From an uncultured cyanobacterium (GTDB lineage: Bacteria > Cyanobacteriota > Cyanobacteriia > Leptolyngbyales > Leptolyngbyaceae): 64,000 bases of DNA. The stretch lies in the NCBI GenBank assembly GCA_963766075.1, contig CAVYAN010000031.1, positions 37,048 through 101,047 on the forward strand. Reading direction: 5' to 3'. Positions 52,996 to 62,896 of the stretch are shown piece after piece. A model generated the notes under the pieces. It was not told the origin of the DNA. It did not search any database and saw only the letters and a program-made list of their open reading frames with translations. A program made the position numbers and the translations under genes. Every line of letters starts with the position of its first letter. Within the stretch, counting starts at the first letter, position 1.

Positions 52996-54645
52996 ATGGC
53001 GTTTGATTGGTTTCGTCGTCAGTTTAATGACCCGGCTCAGGCCGTCCAAGACCAGGAACCCGAAGCCCAGGAATCCGAGGCCCAGGAATCCGAGGTTCAA
53101 CCGTCCGATGCCCGTTCAGTCGATGCGCCCCCTGACCCCGAACCCGAAATTTCTGCCGACTATCTCACCTGGGCACAGGTCGCCTATCAAAACATTAAGA
53201 AGCGGCAACAATCTACCGAAGAGACGGCAGTTGCGCCGACGGTGACCCTTACAGCCGATGTTCCAGAAGTAAATGTCCCAGAAATTGATGTTCCAGAAGC
53301 CAGTGCTCCAGAAGCCAGTGCTCCAGAGGCCAGCGCAGAGGCGGCTAGTGCTCCAGAATCCGATGCCTCTCCCGTTAGCCCCTCTATGGAAACGCCATCT
53401 GCCGAAGTGGCTCCGGTGGCTGCTGACGCGATCGCCCCTCCTCATCCGGACGCCATTGTAGAACCTCTGCCAACGCCGCCGCTGCCCTTTTGGGCTCAGC
53501 CCGATGATGCCGATCGCCGCTTGGAACGCCTGCGGGAAACCGCCATCGTGGAGCCGGAAAATCCTGCTTCCGCCCCAGTCTCCCCCAAAATTGCAACCGC
53601 TCCTTTGCCTACGGATCCCCTGGAACCTTTGGAAGTCGGCCTGGATGAAGGATTTCTCTGGTCGGCAGAAATCTTGGCTTCCCAGGGGCGGCGTCCCGAT
53701 CAGATTTCAATGGAAGAAATTACCTGGCTCAACCGCCTGCGCCAGGGGCTCGACAAAACCCGCCGGGGCTTAATCAACCAACTGCGCGCGATCGTCGGTC
53801 AGGGACCGCTGAACGCGGACGCCGTGCTGGAGATCGAAGCCGCCTTGCTACAGGCCGATGTCGGCGTGGCCGCCACCGACGCCATTATTTCGGCCCTGCA
53901 AGAGAAACTACTCACTGAAGTGCTGCCCCCCGATGCCGCGCTTCAGTACCTCAAGCAGATCATTCGCGACCTGCTGGATACCCCTCTGGGCGGTAAAAAA
54001 AATCTGACCTTTGCCCCCCAAGACGATGTGCTCAATATTTGGCTCATTACCGGCGTCAATGGAGCTGGTAAAACCACCACCATTGGCAAGCTGGCCCACA
54101 TCGCCCAAAAGTCTGGCTATCGGTGCCTCATTGCTGCCGCTGATACCTTTAGAGCCGCAGCGGTGGAGCAGGTCAAGGTCTGGGGAGAACGCAGTGGTGT
54201 GGAGGTGATTGCCAATCCCGGACAAAATACCGATCCTGCCGCTGTCGTGTTTGATGCGATCGCTGCCGCCCAGGCCCGGGGGGCCAATCTGCTCCTGATC
54301 GATACCGCCGGACGGTTACAGAACAAAAAGAACTTGATGGACGAGCTGAGCAAAGTCCGCCGCATCATCGACAAAAAAGCCAGCACCGCTGTCATCGAAT
54401 CCCTTCTGGTCCTTGATTCCACCCTGGGCCAAAATGGCCTCCGCCAAGCCGAAGTCTTTTCTGCCGCTGCCCAGCTTAGCGGGGTCGTTTTGACCAAGCT
54501 CGATGGCACTGCCAAAGGGGGCATTGCTCTAGCCGTGGTCCAGCAACTGGGGTTACCCATTCGCTTTATCGGAGCCGGGGAAGGCATTGAGGATCTGCGG
54601 CCCTTTTCTAGCTACGAGTTTGTCGAAGCGCTGTTGAATGGCTAG
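52996..54645 (+). CDS. ftsY: SRP receptor FtsY
   Basis: GVNGAGKTTT, DTFRAAA, DTAGR and TKLDGTAKGG; acidic N-terminus. Confidence 0.96.
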   Translation: MAFDWFRRQFNDPAQAVQDQEPEAQESEAQESEVQPSDARSVDAPPDPEPEISADYLTWAQVAYQNIKKRQQSTEETAVAPTVTLTADVPEVNVPEIDVPEASAPEASAPEASAEAASAPESDASPVSPSMETPSAEVAPVAADAIAPPHPDAIVEPLPTPPLPFWAQPDDADRRLERLRETAIVEPENPASAPVSPKIATAPLPTDPLEPLEVGLDEGFLWSAEILASQGRRPDQISMEEITWLNRLRQGLDKTRRGLINQLRAIVGQGPLNADAVLEIEAALLQADVGVAATDAIISALQEKLLTEVLPPDAALQYLKQIIRDLLDTPLGGKKNLTFAPQDDVLNIWLITGVNGAGKTTTIGKLAHIAQKSGYRCLIAAADTFRAAAVEQVKVWGERSGVEVIANPGQNTDPAAVVFDAIAAAQARGANLLLIDTAGRLQNKKNLMDELSKVRRIIDKKASTAVIESLLVLDSTLGQNGLRQAEVFSAAAQLSGVVLTKLDGTAKGGIALAVVQQLGLPIRFIGAGEGIEDLRPFSSYEFVEALLNG

Positions 54646-55239
54646 GAGATAACGTCAGAGTCAGGGGGAAGAGGTCAAAGAATAAAGGGTCGGGGGAGGA
54701 AGGTTGAGATTCCTTGGGTTTGGATTCCTTGGGTTTGGATTCCTGGTAGGAGATCCGTTCAAAATCCAAACTTATTCGCCCAATTTCGCCTGCATCTGCT
54801 AACCTACTGACAACTTGTACAGTGGGGGGAGGAGAACACCGGGAAAACACCGATCGCCCCTCAGGATCGGAAACTTTTCAGCATTTGTGATTGAAATTAG
54901 CTATCCTTGTCTAACTTTAACTAAGCCATAACCCTTGGCGTCGTCGATCAGAGTCAAGGGTATTTCATTTGTCACCGCAGCTACCGCATTCACCGTTGGC
55001 CCCCCTGACCCCTTGACCCTTTCTGGCCTCTAAACAGGCAGATTCAGATGGGGCCAATGTCGCAGAAATGTGGGGACTATTCGGATATTTCGGATATCCA
55101 GATGTGAATGATGAAGCCAACCAGGCTGCCCCAGCGCCTTACCACCTTGATGCGCTCTACCACCCTAATGTGCTCTGTTGACGTGATCCGTCTCTTCTCG
55201 CATTTCATGACCTGTTTTTAATTTACCTGTTTGATCTCG

Positions 55240-56694
55240 ATGACTGCCGTACCGCTTCCTAGACAGCCCTCCCAACCTCCCGAGCGACCTAACCCGGCGT
55301 CGCCCGAGACAACGCCCGTGTTTGCGTTGAAGGAACTTGTCGCCCGGTTGAGTCGAGAGCAGCACAAGATCCAAGACTTGCTGAGTTCCCTGGGATTTGC
55401 ACTGCGCAGCTTTAATAACCTGAATCAATTTCTGGAGCTGATCCCGCTGATGGCCAGTCGCGTCACCGACTGCGACGGCGGGGCCTTGCTGCTGTTTAAG
55501 CCCAATGGTCAGGTACGTCTGGAACGGCTCCATTGCCAAGATAATCGCTGGTCCCCAGAGATTCGGCGGGGGTTTGAATCGGCCACCCGGCAGGTCATGG
55601 CCACCTTGCCCGTGCCGCGGCGGGGAACCTCAATCGCCATGACGCCCAGCGCGATCGCCTCTCTGGATCGCCAAGTCAACCATTACCTCGGCAATGATCT
55701 GCAAATTTTTGGTACCGCCATCCTGGTCCGCAGTACGGAACGCGGCCGACTTTATGTCTTCAGTCGCGATCCCCAATATGCCTGGACCGAAACCCGCCAG
55801 AAACTAGTGCGCCTGGTGGCCGATCAAACCGGGGTGGCGATTGAAAATGACGAACTCACCGTGGAACTGCGGAAAAAAGAACGGCTTGATCGAGAGCTCG
55901 AAATTGGCGCAGAAATCCAGGTGCGTCTCCTGCCGCGCCAGTGCCCCACCATCCAGGGGGCCGAACTGGCCGCTCGCTGCCTCACCGCCAATCGTGTTGG
56001 GGGCGACTATTACGACTTTATCCCGGCCAGCTATGACCAGATTCGTTCCAAGAAAGAGGGCAGTAGTGCCACGGGCCGCTGGAGTCTGGCGATCGGTGAT
56101 GTCATGGGCAAAGGCGTCCCGGCGGGCCTAATCATGACCATGACCCGTGGCATGTTGCGGGCAGAGGTGCTGAACGGCCACACCCCAGCCCGCATCCTCC
56201 AACACCTGAATCGTGTCATGTACGCCGATTTGGAAAATTCCAATCGGTTTGTCACGCTGTTCTACTCGGAATACGACCCCATAACCCGCCTGCTGTCTTA
56301 CAGTAACGCGGCCCATAACCCGCCGTTCCTGTGGCAGGCCGCCAGTCAGACCCTGCGACAACTGGATACCCCCGGCATGCTGATTGGCTTGGATGCGGAT
56401 ACCCAGTATCAAGACGCGCAAGTCCAGCTTGATGGAGGGGATATTTTGATGTACTACACGGACGGCTTCACCGATGCCGCCAATCAAAATGGCGAACGGT
56501 TTGATGAGGACAATTTGATTAAAGCCTTTCAATGGGCCTGCCAGCACTGCCCCGATCCCCAGGCCATCCTGGATTATTTGTTTGAACAGGTGCAGGCATT
56601 TATCGGCGCGACTAGCCGCAACACCGATGATATGACGCTGATTGTGATGAAAATTCAAGCCTCAGAGGCAGAACTGGCCAAGGCCGAGGGCTGA
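55240..56694 (+). CDS. GAF plus PP2C/SpoIIE phosphatase (RsbU-like)
   Basis: VGGDYYD, GDVMGKG, YTDG and DDMT motifs. Confidence 0.92.
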   Translation: MTAVPLPRQPSQPPERPNPASPETTPVFALKELVARLSREQHKIQDLLSSLGFALRSFNNLNQFLELIPLMASRVTDCDGGALLLFKPNGQVRLERLHCQDNRWSPEIRRGFESATRQVMATLPVPRRGTSIAMTPSAIASLDRQVNHYLGNDLQIFGTAILVRSTERGRLYVFSRDPQYAWTETRQKLVRLVADQTGVAIENDELTVELRKKERLDRELEIGAEIQVRLLPRQCPTIQGAELAARCLTANRVGGDYYDFIPASYDQIRSKKEGSSATGRWSLAIGDVMGKGVPAGLIMTMTRGMLRAEVLNGHTPARILQHLNRVMYADLENSNRFVTLFYSEYDPITRLLSYSNAAHNPPFLWQAASQTLRQLDTPGMLIGLDADTQYQDAQVQLDGGDILMYYTDGFTDAANQNGERFDEDNLIKAFQWACQHCPDPQAILDYLFEQVQAFIGATSRNTDDMTLIVMKIQASEAELAKAEG

Positions 56695-56820
56695 GGGTTG
56701 CGTAGACAGGCTGCTTCTATGGCATTCTAAACAAGGTGAAGCATGGTTCTCTAGGGGTTCTCTAGGAACTGCACCCCGTTGATTACCCCCCGTTAATGGT
56801 TCAATAAGAGGCTGAAAATC

Positions 56821-57081
56821 ATGGATATTGGGATCCTGCACGATGCGGCGGGTTACGTCGCGAGTCACATTTCGAGTCACATTTATAGTACTGATGTGGC
56901 CCAACTGTTTCACGGACATCTGCCTCCCGACCTCGCGCAAATTAATCACATGTTGGAAGATAATTTATTCTCCAATATTCAGAAGGCATTTAATACCTTT
57001 GTTAAAACCGGACAGGTGTGGGCTTTCATTTTAGGATTGGCGCTAGGTTACATATTTCGTAGCTTTACGAGCTTTGGTTGA
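56821..57081 (+). CDS. Small membrane protein
   Basis: C-terminal FVKTGQVWAFILGLALGYIF TM segment. Confidence 0.65.
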   Translation: MDIGILHDAAGYVASHISSHIYSTDVAQLFHGHLPPDLAQINHMLEDNLFSNIQKAFNTFVKTGQVWAFILGLALGYIFRSFTSFG

Positions 57082-57263
57082 TCCGGCTTGGGTCAATCTG
57101 GCGGGAGTCAGTCCGGGAGTTTGCCTCCACGGGGCTCCCCAGGAGAAAATCTGGATACACCGGGAAACAACCGACTGAAGTATACTCCTTAGGATAATTG
57201 GCCTGCCTGGAAAAAAGGCAAATCCTAGGGCTGATCGCGGTTGTTTCTCAGTGGTGAACGGAC

Positions 57264-58703
57264 TTGAACAGTAATTCTTCCCTATCTTCTTCTCCAGCGG
57301 CGGGCACGTGGAGCCAGCGATTTGAGTCGGCGTTGCATCCTGCGATCGCCCGCTTTAACGCCAGCATTGGCTTCGATATTCGGCTGATTGAGTACGACAT
57401 TACTGGCTCCCAGGCCCACGCCCGCATGTTAGCCCACACGGGCATTATTTCTGCTGCCGAAGGCGAACAGTTGGTCAACGGATTGGAGCAAGTACGCCAA
57501 GAATACCGCCAGGGCAGCTTCACACCGGGCATTGATGCCGAAGATGTGCACTTTGCCGTGGAACATCGGTTGACGGAAATTGTTGGTGATGCGGGTAAAA
57601 AGCTGCACACGGCGCGATCGCGCAATGACCAAGTGGGCACGGACACCCGCCTTTACCTCCGGGATCAGATTCAGCAAATCCGCGATCGCCTGCGCGAGTT
57701 TCAGGCCGTTTTAGTGGACCTCGCCGATCAGCACGTCGAAACCCTGATTCCCGGTTACACCCATCTGCAACGGGCACAGCCCCTGAGCCTCGCCCATCAT
57801 CTGTTGGCCTACTTTGAAATGAGTCAGCGCGACTGGCAGCGTTTGGGTGAGATTTATGCCCGCGTCAACGTCTCGCCGCTGGGGTCCGGGGCGCTGGCGG
57901 GTACCACCTTTCCGATTGATCGGCATTACACGGCGGCTTTACTGAACTTTGAGGGCGTGTATGCCAATAGTTTGGATGGGGTCAGCGATCGCGACTTTGC
58001 GATCGAATTTCTCTGCGCTGCTAGCTTGATCATGGTGCATCTCAGCCGCCTCTCCGAAGAAGTGATCCTCTGGTCATCCCATGAATTTGGCTTTGTTACC
58101 CTCACCGATAGCTGTGCCACGGGCTCCAGCATCATGCCGCAAAAGAAAAATCCCGATGTGCCGGAACTGGTGCGCGGTAAAACTGGCCGGGTCTTTGGGC
58201 ATTTGCAAAGTCTGCTGGTGTTGATGAAGGGGCTGCCCTTGGCCTACAACAAAGACCTGCAAGATGACAAAGAAGCCTTGTTTGATAGCGTGATCACGGT
58301 GCAGTCTTGCCTGGAGGCCATGACGATTTTGATGCGGGAGGGCATTGTCTTCCAGACCCAGCGCCTCAATGCCGCCGTGAATGAGGATTTCTCCAACGCG
58401 ACCGATGTGGCGGATTACCTCGCGGCTAAGGGCGTGCCCTTCCGAGAAGCCTATAACTTGGTGGGCAAAGTGGTCAAAACCTCTCTGGCTCAGGGCAAAT
58501 TACTCAAGGAGTTGACCCTGGAGGAATGGCAAACTCTGCATCCCGCCTTTGAGGCGGATATTTATGGGGCGATCGCCCCGGCCCAGGTGGTGGCTGCCCG
58601 CAATAGCTATGGCGGGACTGGTTTTGATCAGGTCCGCAAAGCCCTGCACCAGGCCAAAGCCCGCATGCAGCCCAGTGAACAGGCCGCGCCTGGGCAAGCT
58701 TAA
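57264..58703 (+). CDS. argH: Argininosuccinate lyase
   Basis: RSRNDQ, PGYTHLQ and [12 protein letters not shown] motifs. Confidence 0.97.
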   Translation: MNSNSSLSSSPAAGTWSQRFESALHPAIARFNASIGFDIRLIEYDITGSQAHARMLAHTGIISAAEGEQLVNGLEQVRQEYRQGSFTPGIDAEDVHFAVEHRLTEIVGDAGKKLHTARSRNDQVGTDTRLYLRDQIQQIRDRLREFQAVLVDLADQHVETLIPGYTHLQRAQPLSLAHHLLAYFEMSQRDWQRLGEIYARVNVSPLGSGALAGTTFPIDRHYTAALLNFEGVYANSLDGVSDRDFAIEFLCAASLIMVHLSRLSEEVILWSSHEFGFVTLTDSCATGSSIMPQKKNPDVPELVRGKTGRVFGHLQSLLVLMKGLPLAYNKDLQDDKEALFDSVITVQSCLEAMTILMREGIVFQTQRLNAAVNEDFSNATDVADYLAAKGVPFREAYNLVGKVVKTSLAQGKLLKELTLEEWQTLHPAFEADIYGAIAPAQVVAARNSYGGTGFDQVRKALHQAKARMQPSEQAAPGQA

Positions 58704-58772
58704 TTGGCGGCGCAGTCCATAGAGACACCGCAAGAGGCACTGCAAGAGGCATCGCAGTAGAATAGAAACTCC

Positions 58773-59240
58773 ATGACACCGCCCCCCTTGCCTATGGCAG
58801 ACCTGCACCCGACGCTTCCCCCGCCCCCCTTGCATCAGCCCTTGCATCAGCATCCGCTGCACCATGGCGACTTGTTCTCCAGTCCGGGCTGCCATTTTAG
58901 CTATCGGGTGATTGGGCCGTGCTGTCGGTTGTTTGACCGGGAGCAACTGCCTTGGCCCTGTTGCCGATTGCAGTGGCGCGGCAAGGAGCCCAGTTGGCGG
59001 CGAATTGGCAAACGCTTTGTGCCCGATGTGGGCACAAAGCGGCATCCGTCCTATAGTGTGGAAATCGTTGGCCAAGGCCCAGCGGATAGTTCCCACAGGC
59101 GGCAGAGCGATCGCCCGCCGTCCCTAGAGCCGATTATTATTACCCTATATCCGGTGGACTTGCCGGCAGTTGTGCGGGACTGGTGGCACACTGACAAACC
59201 GCTGACACAATCTCTGGCGGGGCCGACGAAAGAAGCGTAG
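58773..59240 (+). CDS. Hypothetical protein (Cys/Trp-rich core)
   Basis: GPCCRLFDREQLPWPCCRLQWRGKEPSWRR; no function recognised. Confidence 0.65.
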   Translation: MTPPPLPMADLHPTLPPPPLHQPLHQHPLHHGDLFSSPGCHFSYRVIGPCCRLFDREQLPWPCCRLQWRGKEPSWRRIGKRFVPDVGTKRHPSYSVEIVGQGPADSSHRRQSDRPPSLEPIIITLYPVDLPAVVRDWWHTDKPLTQSLAGPTKEA

Positions 59241-59676
59241 ACGGATAGACGGAGCTGCCCCATTGGGGGTGGAGGATTAATGAACAACCGTGACTGGCCA
59301 CCGTGCCATAGCCCAAGCACGATCGCACCACGGCCACATCATCCAAAGTCAGGGATGTAGGTACGGTTTCTGGCAAGACCTCAGCCCGACTTGCCCGACT
59401 TGTAGTTGCATCAATGGGCAAGCCTGTCCGCGGATCAAAAACAGCAGCGGCATAGCCCAGGGCTTCCAATTGCTGCACAATTTGTCTGCCCATCTGCAAG
59501 AAGTTTTGCCGGAGTTGCTGTTTTTGGGCTTCGGCGATCGCATTGCGCTCTAGCAACGCACACCCGCAGGGCTGCAACGCCACTAACACCGATAAAACGG
59601 GACAATTCCAGTGGGGTAGAAGACGCTGCCCATGCCGCGCAATATAGGGACTGGGAGGATGAACCGAAATGTACAT
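59140..59676 (-). CDS. MMADHC/CblD-like protein
   Basis: FDPRTGLP, LDDVAVV and GCSLILHPQWGSSVYPSTL motifs. Confidence 0.65.
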   Translation of the reverse strand: MYISVHPPSPYIARHGQRLLPHWNCPVLSVLVALQPCGCALLERNAIAEAQKQQLRQNFLQMGRQIVQQLEALGYAAAVFDPRTGLPIDATTSRASRAEVLPETVPTSLTLDDVAVVRSCLGYGTVASHGCSLILHPQWGSSVYPSTLLSSAPPEIVSAVCQCATSPAQLPASPPDIG

Positions 59677-60107
59677 TCTGGAAATCACAGGCGAGAAATC
59701 ACCGAACAATGGCGGGCGGAATCAATCCGGATAGCTTCGAGGGCTCAGCTTTCCCATGGCCGATTAAAACTTCCACGCAAACCCCCAGAAACCCGCTATA
59801 ACTCTATTAAACACCTTGGGATCTAGGGGGTAAAAAAGTTATTCTGAAATTACAGAGAATCGAGCTTAAGGTTTCCATTTAATTTCTGAGAAAAGCTCGC
59901 CCGTATCCAATCGCCGTACCCGTTTGGTATCCGAGGTTTAACCCTCAGGTTCCCGTAGGTGGCCCCAGTTTCAAACCCGATGCAGAGGTTTCCCCTTCAG
60001 ACCTCTCTCCTTCATATCCTTTCTTGGTTTCCCGCTCACTCACTTTCCCCTCATCCACCTTCCTCTTACCCTCCGTCCTCAAAAATCTCCCTCAAAGACA
60101 ATGTCCT

Positions 60108-61114
60108 ATGGAATCCCTGATTTTCTTGCATGACGCGATCGCCCACGAAGATCCTCAGCCTGACCTACGGTTTGAATCCTGGAATCTGACCGCCCTGGTG
60201 GGTTCACTGCGCGGGGGGCTATCTTGGGCGGTATTCCTGACGCTGTTAAATCTTGTGGTCTTTAATTCAGCCACCTTTGCCCAGGCCGAGCTGCGAGTTG
60301 GCGATCGGGGGATACCGTCGCTAACCTGCAACGGGAACTGCGGATCAAGGCGGATGGCATCTTTGGTCCCCAAACCCAAGATTACGTCATCGCCTATCAA
60401 CGCTTGAGTGGGTTACCCGCCACGGGGATAGCGGATGGGGCCACCCTGGCAGCGCTGGGATTGGGGGCTGAACGGGCTGGGGGCGATCGCCCTGAGAGTG
60501 CTCCCGCAGGCCCGATTGCGGCTCGACCCAGTGCGGCTGCGGCTGATGCGCCAGCAGCCAGTGCCCCAGTAGACAGTGCGCCAGTAGACAGTGCGCCTAT
60601 ACCTAGTGCCCCGGCAGCCAGTACGCCAGTGGCCCCCGATGCCACCCCGCTATCGGCCCGTAGCGCTACGGTCATGGCCCAGACGGGATTGAATGTGCGG
60701 GATATGCCCGCTGGAACCGTGGTCAGTTGGCTGTCCTATAACCAGACTGTGCAATTGACCGGCGATCGCCAGCCTGCGGGACGGCACCACTGGGTGAAAC
60801 TGGCGCAGGGGGGCTGGGTGTCTGAAGAGTACCTGAAGCTGGGCGATGCTGCCCCTGGGGGCCATCTGCCTGAGAAAAACCCGCCCCAGAATTCGAGTGT
60901 TTCCCCTGTCCCCGGGGCCAGTGCAGGCACAGGGCGAGTTAGTGCGCAGACGGGATTGATTGTGCGGAGTGCGCCCGGGGGTAGCGTGATTGGGTCGTTG
61001 TTGAATGGCCAACGGGTGCAGGTGAAGGGCAATCGCCAATTGGCCAATGGGCGCTATTGGGTGCAATTGGCGGAGGGCGGTTGGGTGGCGGCTGACTATG
61101 TGGCTCTGAATTAG
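60108..61114 (+). CDS. Peptidoglycan-binding plus tandem SH3b domain protein (frameshift at G-run 60307-60311)
   Basis: One extra G gives GDRGDTVANLQ...ADGIFGPQT...YQRLSGL (PG_binding_1); two L(N/I)VR...WV.L..GGWV...Y SH3b repeats. Confidence 0.8.
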
Positions 61115-61307
61115 GGACTTCCAAGAAATAAATAGTGCCGATGCAGAGTTTGACCCACCCCTAGCCCCTCCGAGGAGGGGAATTGGTCCGAAAATCCCCT
61201 CCTCGGAGGGGTGCCCGTAGGGCGGGGTGGGTCAGACTTTGCCATTTCAGACCACCCAGTGCGATCGCTGAGTCGTTACGTGGGATGTTTATTTTCTTGG
61301 AAGTCCC
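61114..61307. mobile_element. MITE-like element with terminal inverted repeats and TTA flanks
   Basis: GGGACTTCCAAGAAA...TTTCTTGGAAGTCCC, TTA on both sides, internal CCCCTCCGAGGAGGGG palindromes. Confidence 0.7.
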
Positions 61308-61373
61308 TTAGAGAATTTTTCAGATCTAGCTCTGGGTGGCTTCTAGGGGTGTGGCGATGAGGGTTTGACAATT

Positions 61374-61426
61374 TGCTCCCTTCGACTCCGCTCAGGGAGC
61401 AATCTTCCGCTAGCTGAGCGGAGTCG
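61374..61426. repeat. REP-like repeats
   Basis: TGCTCCCTTCGACTCCGCTCAGGGAGCA and CTGAGCGGAGTCG. Confidence 0.7.
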
Positions 61427-61668
61427 TAGTTCACTTCCCGCAGGGTAGCTAGCGGATCTATTAGCCAGTGGGTATATTATTTCTTGGAAATCGCCTAATA
61501 CGCCTGCTGGTGAGTAGAACCGGTAGGCCCATCACCCCTGCGGCCACGGTGGCTCCCATCCAGACAACGGTTGGGATCCGGCGTGGCCCTGTCTGCTGGG
61601 GTCACAGTCGATATAGACTCTAGCAGACAGGATCCTTGGGATGAAAGGGCTGGTGCGGGTTGCTGCAT

Positions 61669-61896
61669 TCACCGATGGTCGGACGCCGATCCGCGTATGC
61701 CCCGTGAGGCGACGCGAATCACAATTGGGGAGTTGCGCAGGGGGACAATGGGACTCCATTCGCTGGCGGCGATGACGTTGAGGCGATGGAGCAGGTGGAT
61801 CATGGCTTCGACGGCGGGGGCTTGGCCGCTGAGGGTGATGTTGATCCAGTCGGAACTGTGGGCCGCTGGGTCGCGGCTCGGCGGGGTCATATTCAT
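61669..61896 (-). CDS. Small hypothetical protein (75 aa), paralog of 617-934
   Basis: AAGGAG SD; DWINITLSGQAPAVEAMIHLLHRLNVIAASEWS...IRVASRG. Confidence 0.75.
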   Translation of the reverse strand: MNMTPPSRDPAAHSSDWINITLSGQAPAVEAMIHLLHRLNVIAASEWSPIVPLRNSPIVIRVASRGIRGSASDHR

Positions 61897-62121
61897 GGTT
61901 GGGTCTCCTTATGTTTTTTGTGGGGAAGAAGACCCAAAAACCGCAGCCACCCCGAATGCGTTGCAAAACAGGGTGGCTTGTAAAATGAAACAAGCCGCCA
62001 TGCTGGACAGTCAGCGTGGGGGTTAGCGATCGCTTGGTGTTACAGCACTGGGCGATCGCGTTTTAAGACCGAGGTCTTTGGGCGTCTGGGTGAGTGCTAA
62101 ACCTAAGCGCACTCACCTTAA
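61897..62121 (-). ncRNA. Putative structured leader RNA (right copy)
   Basis: Near-identical to 390-616; differences fall in loops or linkers or swap G-C/A-U for G-U pairs. Confidence 0.55.
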
Positions 62122-62220
62122 CGCAAGAGAATACCGAATTGCGCCGCACTTTGCAAGTCCTATTTTGAGTAAATTTGGGGTGGACAGGCATTCCTGCGAG
62201 GTGCCATCCACCGATGGCTC

Positions 62221-62374
62221 GAGATCAAGTTTTGGGAACCCGTATTCAATTTTCGAGAACTCGTATTCAATTTTCGAGAACTCGTATTCAAGTTTGGTCA
62301 ACCCGAAATTAAGTTTTGGGAACCTGAGATCAAGTTTTGGGAACCTGAATCAAATTTTGGCAACTCAAAATCAA
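62221..62374 (-). repeat. 21-bp tandem repeat array, 7 units
   Basis: Units start at 62229, 62250, 62271, 62292, 62313, 62334 (20 nt) and 62354. Confidence 0.9.
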
Positions 62375-62400
62375 GTTGTATCTAGAGCCTACGCCTGGAT

Positions 62401-62544
62401 TTAGGCATCCAAGGGACTGCGCACACCCAAACTGCCCCGATTGAGGACGTGGGTGTAAATCATGGTGGTTTTGACATCCTTGTGACCGAGGAGTTCTTGA
62501 ACGGTGCGGATGTCGTAGGGATATCCATACCGTCCAATATTCAT
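62401..62544 (-). pseudogene. intI: Integron integrase C-terminal remnant (right copy), 47-aa mini-ORF
   Basis: [47 protein letters not shown]; catalytic Tyr retained, N-terminal domains absent. Confidence 0.9.
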
Positions 62545-62647
62545 GTATTAAGTACTACTCGAATTGATTCAGTAATAAGTCTAAAGATTTACGGAAGAAA
62601 TTGGCTCACAGTTTTGTCCGCAGGATAAAATTTAAGTTAGATTAGAG

Positions 62648-62794
62648 TTTCGGCATAACACCCCGTATAGAGGTAGATATGCCGAAATAATTCTGCATAA
62701 TGTTCTGCAGGGGGCAGTTATGCCGAAAATTTCTATATAACTCCCTAGCTGGAGGTAGATATGCAGAAAGATTCTTTATAAAGAATAGTTAGAC
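62648..62794 (+). other. Putative attI-like recombination region
   Basis: 41-bp-periodic TTCKGCATA/TATGCMGAA inverted pairs ending in GTTAGAC (GTTRRRY) at 62788-62794, on the 5' side of the intI remnant. Confidence 0.6.
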
Positions 62795-62896
62795 CGCTAG
62801 GCTTTTTATTAGTGTAGTCATATCAAGTTAACTATCGGTATTCAGGATTATTTCACCAAAAATTTTCTCTATGTTTTGATTCTGTGAGTATCAAGA

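Noticed and set aside
59830..60100. c-di-AMP (ydaO) riboswitch upstream of the cell-wall-binding gene
   Set aside because: The context is suggestive (cdaA is in the window) but I could not find the conserved ydaO sequence blocks; an Rfam scan is needed.
62545..62600. LexA box controlling intI
   Set aside because: Only a half-site (AGTAC) is present; no match to the cyanobacterial RGTAC-N3-DGTWC palindrome.
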